Assembly (NCBI GenBank): GCA_037141375.1
Contig: JBAXCT010000001.1
Location: 1 to 38,582, forward strand
Length of the DNA stretch: 38,582 nucleotides
Origin: Chthoniobacterales bacterium
GTDB taxonomy: Bacteria > Verrucomicrobiota > Verrucomicrobiia > Chthoniobacterales > JACTMZ01
Direction: 5' to 3'
Part shown: positions 1-7,419 of the stretch, in pieces
Position numbering within the stretch: position 1 is the stretch's first letter
How the letters are laid out: each line of letters starts with the position of its first letter
Notes under the pieces: generated by a model
What the model was told of the DNA's origin: nothing
The model's input: only the letters and a program-made list of their open reading frames with translations
The model's database searches: none
Program-made: the position numbers and the translations under genes

Positions 1-600
1 ATTCCCGCGGGATTGACCCTGATGAGTGAGGTGGGGGCATTCACGGTTGCCGCCATTCTCATCGGCCATCTCGGCGCCGTGCCGCTCGCCGCCCACCAGA
101 TCGCCATCACCTGCGCCTCGACTACTTTCATGTTCCCACTTGGTATTGCCATGGCCTCAACCGTCCGCATCGCCCAGGCCAGCGGTGCCGGACGCCGTGG
201 TTTGTTGCGCCCCATCGCTGCGGGATCATGGGCGCTGGGCTTGGTCGTCATGGCTGCCTTCGCGGTGATCCTCCTCGTGTGGAATCAGGCGGTAGCCAGC
301 GCCTTCGTGCGCGATCCGGAGGTCATCAAGATCGCCGCCTCCCTGCTTGTCATCGCAGGAGTGTTTCAGCTCGTCGATGGAGTGCAGGTTGTGGGTTCTG
401 GTTTGCTGCGAGGCCTGCGGGACACCACCGGCCCGATGCTTGTCACGGTGGCGGCCTACTGGGTGGTGGCGCTGCCGTTGGGCGGATGGCTGACCTTCTG
501 GCAGCACCGGGGGGTAGTGGGCATGTGGACAGGACTGGCCCTGGGCCTGGGCGTCGCCGCGGCTTTGCTGGTCAGGCGCTTCTTCGTGCGGACTGCCTAG
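1..600 (+). CDS. MATE family efflux transporter, C-terminal part (5' end outside window)
   Basis: Frame 1 is open from base 1 (IPAGLTLMSEVGAF...), so the gene starts upstream. The sequence is polytopic and hydrophobic with MATE-like segments (AAHQIAITCASTTFMFPLGIAMASTVRIAQASGAG; LLRGLRDTTGPM). Stop TAG at 598-600. Confidence 0.8.
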   Translation: MPAGLTLMSEVGAFTVAAILIGHLGAVPLAAHQIAITCASTTFMFPLGIAMASTVRIAQASGAGRRGLLRPIAAGSWALGLVVMAAFAVILLVWNQAVASAFVRDPEVIKIAASLLVIAGVFQLVDGVQVVGSGLLRGLRDTTGPMLVTVAAYWVVALPLGGWLTFWQHRGVVGMWTGLALGLGVAAALLVRRFFVRTA

Positions 601-606
601 GCCGGG

Positions 607-1761
607 CTAGTGGCTGAGGGCATACGCCAGGTGGGGTGTGTAGAGATTCGGTTCGAGCAGGAACGAGTCGTGTCCTTTTTCCGAGTGCACCGTGAGCCTC
701 ATGTGCGCCACGCCGGCACGTTTGAGTTCCGCGCAAATCTCGGTTTGGTAGTCCGGGTAAAAACAGCAGTCGCTGTCGATGGTGAAGACCAGATAACGCT
801 GGTCCTGGCAACCGGCGAAGATCGACGAAGCACCGCGCGCCTTCGCGTCGGCGTAGAGATCGAACTGCTGCCACGCGTCGATGATGCGGAGGTAGCTGTT
901 GGCGTCGAAACGCTTCACGAACTTCTGCCCCTGGTAGAGCATGTAGCTCTCAAGTACGCGGGAAATACGATACCATGGAAGGTCGGTCGCCGGTTGCACA
1001 ATATCCACCCTGGCCCGCTCTTCGATGACGTCCGCGTAGAGGAACGTCTTGTGGCTGATCATCCGGGCCAGTGCGAGGCCATGCAACGGTCCAGGCGTCC
1101 CGTAATAGTCGCCGCCTCGGAAATCCGGGTCGCGGGTGATGGCGATGATCTGCTCGAGATTGTGCATTTGCTGCAGACCGTGGGAGCGCAGGCCCGTTCC
1201 GATGGTGATCACATTGGTGACGCGAGCAGGAAAGTGTACCGCAAGGTCGAGCGCCATCATCCCTCCGAGCGAAGTTCCGATCACCGCGTGGAGTTTTTCG
1301 ATGCCCAGGTGATCCAAGAGCGGCAGCTGCGAGCGGACGATGTCGTGCACCGTGACGCGAGGAAACTTGGCACCATAAGCCTGCCCGGTGGCTGGATCGA
1401 CCGAGGCGGGTCCGCTTGTGCCATAGCAACCTCCGAGGTAATTCGCGCAGATGACAAAGTATTTCGTCGTGTCGAGGGCGCGCCCGGGCCCGATGAAGCC
1501 GTCCCACCAGCCCGGATGCATCTCCTCGTTCCAGCGTCCGTCGAGGCCGGGGACGGCTTTGTTCGTCCCGGCCGCATGCTGGCTGCCGCTGAGAGCATGG
1601 AAGAGCAGGATCGCATTGCTGCGGGCTGCGTTGAGTTCCCCGTAGGTCTCGTAGGCCAAGGTGATGCCGGGCAACGTGTCCCCGCTCGCGGTCACGAAAG
1701 GTTCGTCCGCGTTGCCGAAGGTCAAAAACTTCGTTTCCACCTCACCGACTATCTTAACCAT
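607..1761 (-). CDS. metX: homoserine O-acetyltransferase
   Basis: Track ORF 607..2046 trimmed to the ATG at 1759-1761 (MVKIVGEVETKF...), giving 384 aa. It has the alpha/beta-hydrolase nucleophile elbow GTSLGGMMAL and MetX-like blocks ILLFHALSGSQHAAG and YFVICANYLGGCYGTSGP. It starts 4 nt after the metY stop, consistent with an operon. Confidence 0.93.
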   Translation of the reverse strand: MVKIVGEVETKFLTFGNADEPFVTASGDTLPGITLAYETYGELNAARSNAILLFHALSGSQHAAGTNKAVPGLDGRWNEEMHPGWWDGFIGPGRALDTTKYFVICANYLGGCYGTSGPASVDPATGQAYGAKFPRVTVHDIVRSQLPLLDHLGIEKLHAVIGTSLGGMMALDLAVHFPARVTNVITIGTGLRSHGLQQMHNLEQIIAITRDPDFRGGDYYGTPGPLHGLALARMISHKTFLYADVIEERARVDIVQPATDLPWYRISRVLESYMLYQGQKFVKRFDANSYLRIIDAWQQFDLYADAKARGASSIFAGCQDQRYLVFTIDSDCCFYPDYQTEICAELKRAGVAHMRLTVHSEKGHDSFLLEPNLYTPHLAYALSH

Positions 1762-1765
1762 AGGA

Positions 1766-3055
1766 TTACGTTGCGGCGACGGCGAGCGCTTGATCGATGT
1801 CCTCGATAAGGTCGGCTGGATCCTCCAGGCCGACGGAAAGTCGCACCAACTCCGGCGTGATGCCGCCGGCGCGCTGCTGGTCCTCGTTGAGCTGCGAATG
1901 CGTGGTCGTGCCGGGGTGGATGGCCAGGCTCTTGGCGTCCCCCACGTTGGCGAGATGCGAGAAGATCCGCAGCGATTCGATGAACTTTTTGCCGGCATCT
2001 GCACCGCCCTTGATCCCGAAGACGACCATCGAGCCACCCTTGCCACGCAGGTATTTTTCGTTCAGCGGGTACTGCGGATCGTCCTTGAGCCCCGGAAAGC
2101 GAACCCAGGCGACGTCCTTGTGCTCCTTGAGATGCTCTGCCACCAGCTTGGCGTTGGCGCAATGCCTCTCCATGCGCAGCGGCAGCGTCTCGATGCCCTG
2201 CAGAAAAAGCCACGAGTTGTCGGGCGCGATGCAGGCTCCCAGGTTGCGAAGCGGGACGGTGCGCATGCGGAGGATGAAGGCCAGCGGCGCGAGCGGGGCC
2301 GGCAGGTCGTGGCCCCAGCGCAGCCCGTGGTAGCTCGTGTCGGGCTGATCGTAGAGCGGATGCTTTCCCGCGGCCCAGTTGAAACGGCCGCTGTCGACCA
2401 CCACCCCGCCGATGCCGGTGCCGTGGCCGCCGAACCATTTCGTGAGGGAATGGACAACAACATCGGCGCCGAAGTCCAGCGGCTTGGTCAGGTACGGGGT
2501 CGAAAATGTCGCGTCGACAATGAGCGGGATGCCGTGGTCATGGGCGACTTTGGCCACCGCCTCAAGATCGACGATCTCGAGGGCCGGGTTGGAGACCGTC
2601 TCGACAAAAAGCGCCCGTGTCTTCTCGTCGATCGCCTTGGCGAAGTTCTGCGGATCGTTGGAGTCAACCAACTTCACCTTGATGCCGAGGGCCGGCAGGA
2701 TGTCGTTGAACTGCGTGTAGGTGCCGCCGTAGAGGTTGCGGGCGCTGACGATGTTGTCCCCTGCCGAGGCCAGATTGATGACCGAGTAGAAAACCCCAGC
2801 CGTGCCGGAAGCAACGCCGAGGCCGCCCATCTCCGGGGCGCCCTCCAAAAGAGCGACGCGCTTCTCCAGCACGTCGGTCGTCGGGTTCATCAGACGCGTG
2901 TAAATGTTCCCCAACTCACGGAGGGCGAACAGGTTCGCAGCGTGCTCTGTGCTTTTGAAAACGAAGGAACTGGTGCGGTAGACCGGCACGGCGCGGGAGA
3001 GCGTCGTCGGGTCTGGTTGCTGTCCGCCGTGGAGGCAAATGGTGTCAAATCTCAT
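1766..3055 (-). CDS. metY: O-acetylhomoserine sulfhydrylase (aminocarboxypropyltransferase), PLP-dependent
   Basis: 429 aa. It carries the Cys/Met-metabolism PLP family signature with PLP-lysine motif HSLTKWFGGHG and N-terminal YTRLMNPTTDVLEKRVALLEG. It sits directly upstream of metX, the direct-sulfhydrylation pair. Confidence 0.93.
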   Translation of the reverse strand: MRFDTICLHGGQQPDPTTLSRAVPVYRTSSFVFKSTEHAANLFALRELGNIYTRLMNPTTDVLEKRVALLEGAPEMGGLGVASGTAGVFYSVINLASAGDNIVSARNLYGGTYTQFNDILPALGIKVKLVDSNDPQNFAKAIDEKTRALFVETVSNPALEIVDLEAVAKVAHDHGIPLIVDATFSTPYLTKPLDFGADVVVHSLTKWFGGHGTGIGGVVVDSGRFNWAAGKHPLYDQPDTSYHGLRWGHDLPAPLAPLAFILRMRTVPLRNLGACIAPDNSWLFLQGIETLPLRMERHCANAKLVAEHLKEHKDVAWVRFPGLKDDPQYPLNEKYLRGKGGSMVVFGIKGGADAGKKFIESLRIFSHLANVGDAKSLAIHPGTTTHSQLNEDQQRAGGITPELVRLSVGLEDPADLIEDIDQALAVAAT

Positions 3056-3142
3056 CGTGGTATCAGTGCTTTGGTTGAAGTGAGCTGAAATACTTTACCC
3101 TAGGCTCGCCAAGTCAACCGCAAAGGTCGCTATGACGCGCGT

Positions 3143-3904
3143 TCAGCGCAGGAATCTAGAATCCAGTCGCCCGACGTTCGCCTCCGGGTCCCGGCGGTCT
3201 CTACTCGCGGGGTCGATCGGAATGAAGCCGGCGGATCCGTTGACAAAACCCACCATGGCGTTGCTTCCGTGCCGGAAGTGAACCGAGGGAATCTTCCCCC
3301 GATCGTCGTCGAAGCCGTAGAATTCCTCGATCATCGGATGATTCGCGCTGGCTGGCTTTTGGAAGGAGTTGATCTGGGCTGCGGTGGCAAAGACCACGGT
3401 CGTCGCGGGGTTGGACGCGTCCCAGTAGCGCTTTGGTGCGCCCCGGCCCATCCATCCGTTGCTTCCTGCCAGCAGAACATTGTAACCCACGCCGATGTAG
3501 CCGTGCTTGTATTTCGATTTGAACGGAGTTCCCGCGAACCCGAAGCTCGGGTCCGGCATCATGCTGCGCGGCATATAGGGGCCCAGCGGTCCGGCGTCCA
3601 TGTCGATGCTGCGCTCCCCCTCCGGCAGAGACATGCTCTTGGCGGTCTCGAAACCGAACCACCACCGAGTGCCCTTGATCCCTTCGATCACCGTGTCGGT
3701 GCGGTAGGGCCAGAAGACGTAGTTATTGTCACCGAGATACGCGGCGCCGCCTGCGGCCAACTGGCGTATGTTGTTGGCTGACACGGCGAGCGAGGACGAC
3801 TTGTAAGCGCCCCAGACGGCCGGGGCCGCGACCGCGCAGAGCACCGTCGTCACGGCGATGACAACGAGCAATTCAACCAGCGTAACGGCGGATTTATTTT
3901 TCAC
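3143..3904 (-). CDS. prepilin-type N-terminal cleavage/methylation domain protein with C-terminal H-X9-(D/N)G motif (pseudopilin-like)
   Basis: GTG start at 3902-3904 (GTG AAA AAT AAA = MKNK). The class III signal-like N-terminus is MKNKSA|VTLVELLVVIAV, with Glu at +5. The C-terminal RH-GSNAMVGFV-NG (nt 3236-3271) fits the H-X9-DG pattern with D replaced by N. The start overlaps the upstream gene's stop as GTGA. Confidence 0.8.
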   Translation of the reverse strand: MKNKSAVTLVELLVVIAVTTVLCAVAAPAVWGAYKSSSLAVSANNIRQLAAGGAAYLGDNNYVFWPYRTDTVIEGIKGTRWWFGFETAKSMSLPEGERSIDMDAGPLGPYMPRSMMPDPSFGFAGTPFKSKYKHGYIGVGYNVLLAGSNGWMGRGAPKRYWDASNPATTVVFATAAQINSFQKPASANHPMIEEFYGFDDDRGKIPSVHFRHGSNAMVGFVNGSAGFIPIDPASRDRRDPEANVGRLDSRFLR

Positions 3905-4746
3905 GGGGAAACCGAAACGCGGTAGAAACGTTGGGGAGGAAGATCCGGCGTCTCGTCGGTAAACTGCAGAACGCCACCCGTTCCTTGCGCGGGCGAACCG
4001 AGAGGGACAAAGGGTTCTGCGAGATCGTCGGAGTAGAGCATGTGATAAGATAGGCCAGTAACGGAAACAAAAGTCACCACTGGAACGGCCCCGCTCAACT
4101 GCAAAGTGATCTCAGGCAAAGGCAGACTGGCCGCCTCCGGTTGCTGGAGTTCTTGACCCACGAAATCCGGGGCGAAGCTCAATGCATCCCAAGCCCCGTC
4201 CACGAGCGGCCTGTCCCCGCCCCCGACGGGTGCGTAAGACCAATAAGCTCCCGGATAATTAACAGAGCCATCTTGTTCGTAGGAGACCATCCCATTCGTG
4301 ATGTAGTCGTAGTAATCGAAATGCCCGCCGAAAATATAATACTCCCAGTAACCGGCGAACCAATCGGCCTGAGTACGGATCGCTCCATCCCCGGCGAAGG
4401 TGATCGATTGTACGGCGTCGCCAAAACTGTAGCGCAGAAGTCCAAGGGCCAAGCGCGGATCACTCCCGACGAGGCTTTCGAGGGTGATGCCCTCGAGATC
4501 GGAAATCACGGTCGATCCGGCGATGGCTTGGACCATTTGCAACCCGGACGCTTCGCCATTCCAGCGGTAGCCCCAGGTCAAGGAAGCCGGCTGCAGACCG
4601 TCGTTCCCCTGCAGGACCAAAGCCGCGCGATTCGTGCCGCTGCCGGACCAGAATTTGATGTCCTCGAAGCTTTGGACCAATTGAGCCCGAGCCACGAGCG
4701 GAACGAGAAGAAGCGCGGCAAATAATGCCGCAGATATTTTTTTCAT
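3901..4746 (-). CDS. secreted protein of unknown function (aromatic-rich domain plus C-terminal beta-sandwich-like tail)
   Basis: Track ORF 3901..4833 trimmed to the ATG at 4744-4746, which gives the Sec signal peptide MKKISAALFAALLLVPLVARA|QL. It has a Tyr/Trp-rich core (FAGYWEYYIFGGHFDYYDYITNG) and a C-terminal ...PPQRFYRVSVSP. It is translationally coupled (4-nt overlap) to the pseudopilin gene. Confidence 0.7.
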   Translation of the reverse strand: MKKISAALFAALLLVPLVARAQLVQSFEDIKFWSGSGTNRAALVLQGNDGLQPASLTWGYRWNGEASGLQMVQAIAGSTVISDLEGITLESLVGSDPRLALGLLRYSFGDAVQSITFAGDGAIRTQADWFAGYWEYYIFGGHFDYYDYITNGMVSYEQDGSVNYPGAYWSYAPVGGGDRPLVDGAWDALSFAPDFVGQELQQPEAASLPLPEITLQLSGAVPVVTFVSVTGLSYHMLYSDDLAEPFVPLGSPAQGTGGVLQFTDETPDLPPQRFYRVSVSP

Positions 4747-4791
4747 CAGGATGTCTCTCACTTGTTGTGTGGGCAAGAGAGACTCTGATGA
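4743..4791 (-). promoter_or_regulatory. two-tier hairpin in the mRNA leader that sequesters the start codon of CDS 3901..4746
   Basis: The outer stem is 4743-4749 (tcatcag) with 4785-4791 (ctgatga), 7 bp. The inner stem is 4753-4759 (gtctctc) with 4777-4783 (gagagac), 7 bp, and the loop is 17 nt. On the minus-strand RNA the AUG (4746-4744) and the purine-rich GAGAGA upstream of it both lie inside the stems. Confidence 0.3.
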
Positions 4792-5201
4792 GACGTACCG
4801 CGAGGGAACGCACAGCAAAAACAACTCTCGCACGCTTCATTTCTTGCGATGAAGTTTTTTCGCGGCCCGCTGTCAGGCGTTCCGCGCGTCGATGACCAGC
4901 AACAAGATGTTCGGACTCCCGGTTTATGGACGCGATGGACGCGTCCGCCTCTCCCCTCGCCTTCGCCCGATGTTTAGTCGGACTGGCTTTGCTCCCGCAT
5001 GCGCGGGATAAAGGATTGTTACCGGATACCGCAGCGCAACTGTGGCCGATTCTCACGGCCTTCCCTTGGCTTGCTGGTCGGTCTCACCCGGCTTTCGCCG
5101 GATGCTGGTCATGCAAAAGAACGCAACAACTTATGTAGGCTCCGCCCTCTATTACGTCAATCCCCCTTGCAAAAATTCGCCGCACCGCCATCAATCAACG
5201 C

Positions 5202-5459
5202 ATGCGCAACGAGCACGGATGGACCCAGCGAACCGGGGAAGGCGAAAAGCGGGAGGTTCGCGCGGTCAAAACACAAGGCCGCTGGCGATTGCAGGCTAAG
5301 TTGCGGCACGAAAGCGAGTGGACCTACTTTGACAAACCTAGCCGCGAGGATCTCGAGGAGTTGCGAGGGATTCTCTGGCGCAAATACCAGCGCCGCCGGG
5401 CCTCGCACGAGGATGTGCTCCTAGCCGACCGAATGCTGGCGGAGATGGTTGATTCCTGA
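5202..5459 (+). CDS. hypothetical small basic protein (85 aa)
   Basis: This is the only ORF in the 4747-5477 gap with protein-like composition and GC-rich third codon positions (MRNEHGWTQRTGEGEKREV...WTYFDKPSREDLEELRGILWRKYQRRRASHEDVLLADRMLAEMVDS). I recognised no family. Confidence 0.5.
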   Translation: MRNEHGWTQRTGEGEKREVRAVKTQGRWRLQAKLRHESEWTYFDKPSREDLEELRGILWRKYQRRRASHEDVLLADRMLAEMVDS

Positions 5460-5477
5460 GCGAACACCAGCCAGTTC

Positions 5478-6347
5478 TTATGGCAAGCTAGGTCCATTTT
5501 GGGGTTTTGAGCGGATGTCTCGCTTGGTCGCCGCGTCACGATGTTGGATGTAGGCGGTGCGCACGGCCAAGTAGCGATCTAGCGCGGTCTTGCTCACGGT
5601 GTCGTACTGCTCCATTTGCTCAGGCAGCGACCTTGCTCCGGCAGGCGTGCTGACAGCGAGAGTCCAAGCGGCTCCGCCGAAAACAATGCTGAGCCAACTG
5701 ATAGGATTCAGAGCGGCATCCCCAGCCAAACCGACGACATCGCGCGTGCTGGAGGGACCGATCACCGGAACCACCACATAGGCCCCATGACCGAGTCCCC
5801 ACTTGGCGAGAGTCTGTCCTGTGTCGGTTTTAGGAACCCCGGCCAAGGCCGGAATTTTTTCCGCCGGGGTCATGAGTCCGCCTGCCCCTGCGGTGGTATT
5901 GACCAAAAACTTGCCCGTCTCCAAGGCGGCTCGATCGAGGTGGGCTTGCAGGGTGTGGTTAACCAGACGCACCGGGAATCGCACGTTTTCGTAGGCGTTG
6001 TTGATGCCGCGACGGGCGAATTCAGGAAGGAGAAACTTGTATGTCTTGGCGAAGGGCTTGAGGAGGAATTGGTAAATCTGGTGATTCAGCCAAAAAGTCC
6101 CGCGATTGACCGGCTCGATCGGATCCGAGATGACAACATTAGCCTCATCCTCCCATTCGTCCTTGATCTCGGTATCCGCCGCGTCGGTTTTCGCGGTCGA
6201 AGCGGCAACAACAGAACCCCCGCCGCGCTTTTCGGTCACTTTTCCGGAGGAGGCGGTCACTGCCTGCTGCGTTTTTTGATTGCTGGTGCACCCCGCCGCG
6301 AGGCACATAAGCGCGGCGCAGGCCCAGAGAGGCCAATGACTCTTCAT
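5478..6347 (-). CDS. mlaA: MlaA/VacJ family outer-membrane lipoprotein
   Basis: Track ORF trimmed to the ATG at 6345-6347. The signal peptide has a lipobox (MKSHWPLWACAALMCLAAG|C). VacJ-like blocks are DPIEPVNRGTFWLN, NNAYENVRFPVRLVN, FLVNTTAGAGGL and GPSSTRD. It overlaps the mlaC stop by 4 nt. Confidence 0.85.
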   Translation of the reverse strand: MKSHWPLWACAALMCLAAGCTSNQKTQQAVTASSGKVTEKRGGGSVVAASTAKTDAADTEIKDEWEDEANVVISDPIEPVNRGTFWLNHQIYQFLLKPFAKTYKFLLPEFARRGINNAYENVRFPVRLVNHTLQAHLDRAALETGKFLVNTTAGAGGLMTPAEKIPALAGVPKTDTGQTLAKWGLGHGAYVVVPVIGPSSTRDVVGLAGDAALNPISWLSIVFGGAAWTLAVSTPAGARSLPEQMEQYDTVSKTALDRYLAVRTAYIQHRDAATKRDIRSKPQNGPSLP

Positions 6348-6925
6348 GAACTGCGGGAGACCGACTGCTTGAGAGAGTCCACCACCGCCGGTGCACCGCC
6401 CTTTTTGAAAAGGGAATCGAATTGCGCGCGGTAATTCGCCACCAAGCTTACTCCCTCTGCCAAGATGTCCGTGACCAGCCATTTGCCGAGGTTTTCCAAG
6501 CGGTAGGTGATTGCGTAACGGCTGCCTTTATAAAGGACCGTGGTGGGGATCTCGACCTTGCCCTCGCCCGGGGACGAGGCCTTGAGGTATTGCGTGTCCG
6601 GTTGCTGTCCGGGCGTGAATTTCGCGCTGTAGGTGCGGATGATGAGCTTGGAAAAAAGGCGTGTGGCTTCCGCCTGCTGCGCGGAGGTGAACTGGCGCCA
6701 GCCCGGGCCGACGGCCCGGCGGGTCATCGCCTCGAACGACACACAGCGGTCGAGGACCGGCGCTAGTTCTTCGGCCAACTCTGCACCTCCAGAAGATTTC
6801 TCCGTGATCGCCAGCACCTCATCCATGGATTGCCGCAGGGCATTTTCTGCGTCCTCTGTCGCCGCGTTTAATGCGGCAGCCAGAAGCACTGAGACAACAA
6901 ATGGCAGAAGGACAATGTTTTTCAC
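6344..6925 (-). CDS. mlaC: MlaC/Ttg2D family periplasmic phospholipid-binding protein
   Basis: GTG start at 6923-6925 (GTGA overlap with the mlaD stop). It has the signal peptide MKNIVLLPFVVSVLLAAALNA and toluene-tolerance-family-like blocks (FEAMTRRAVGPGWRQFTSAQQ, LIIRTYSAKF, WLVTDILAEGVSLVANYRAQF). Confidence 0.8.
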   Translation of the reverse strand: MKNIVLLPFVVSVLLAAALNAATEDAENALRQSMDEVLAITEKSSGGAELAEELAPVLDRCVSFEAMTRRAVGPGWRQFTSAQQAEATRLFSKLIIRTYSAKFTPGQQPDTQYLKASSPGEGKVEIPTTVLYKGSRYAITYRLENLGKWLVTDILAEGVSLVANYRAQFDSLFKKGGAPAVVDSLKQSVSRSS

Positions 6926-7419
6926 GGCTGACTTTTAGGAGGAGGCTCTTGCGCCGCTGGGGCAACTTCGCCATCGACGCTACCGAAGGCCATCTTCCCG
7001 ATGAGGGACTCAAGTTCGACGGCAGATTCTGTCATGAGAATACGACTGGAAGGCAAAAGGAATTCTTCCTCTGCCCCCGGGGACAAAGCAACAAATTTGT
7101 CGCCAATCAGCCCTGACGTTTTAATCGAGGCCATGGTATCGGTCGGCAAGCGCGTCGATGAGAGGATCTGCATATCGACGATTGCGCTATAGTCGATGGG
7201 ATCGAGCCAGATGTCATCAACCCGACCGACCGTTACACCGGCAATCATCACCGTGCTACCCTTGCTTAGCCCCCCCGTATTGGCGAAGCGGGCTTCAAGC
7301 GGGTAAGTGGCTGTGGAGACCAACGTCCCGGCCCCTAGCTTGACCGTCAAGTAGATCACGGCAGCCAGACCCAGAAGAACAAATAGTCCCACGCCAAGCT
7401 CCAGTTGTTTTTCCCTCAT
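6922..7419 (-). CDS. mlaD: MlaD (MCE domain) protein
   Basis: 165 aa. It has an N-terminal TM anchor (LELGVGLFVLLGLAAVIYL) followed by an MCE-domain pattern (GGLSKGSTVMIAGVTVGRVDDI...IKTSGLIGDKFVAL). The ATG at 7417-7419 overlaps the mlaF stop. Confidence 0.85.
   Translation of the reverse strand: MREKQLELGVGLFVLLGLAAVIYLTVKLGAGTLVSTATYPLEARFANTGGLSKGSTVMIAGVTVGRVDDIWLDPIDYSAIVDMQILSSTRLPTDTMASIKTSGLIGDKFVALSPGAEEEFLLPSSRILMTESAVELESLIGKMAFGSVDGEVAPAAQEPPPKSQP

Noticed and set aside
607-2046. 5'-extended ORF versions in the track: 607..2046, 3901..4833, 5478..6482, 17934.., 20463.., 26101.., 32925.., 35592.., 22517..23599, 16873..18048
   Set aside because: The extensions overlap upstream genes or add non-homologous Arg/Gly-rich leaders. 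Internal starts give canonical N-termini (signal peptides, lipobox, P-loop at the N-terminus, typical family lengths), so I trimmed the coordinates.
610-3088. Long + strand ORFs 610..1809 (399 aa) and 1661..3088 (475 aa), plus several 100-230-aa ORFs in the same region
   Set aside because: They lie antisense to or out of frame with metX and metY, which have unmistakable family signatures. Their translations are Arg/Ala/Gly/Pro-rich low-complexity strings typical of spurious open frames in high-GC DNA.
4835-4860. Hairpin cttcat-N8-atgaag followed by T6, terminator-like on the + strand
   Set aside because: No + strand gene ends upstream of it, since the neighbours are minus-strand genes. The stem is only 6 bp and AT-rich, and on the minus strand it has no U-tail. 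It is probably just part of the leader or promoter region.
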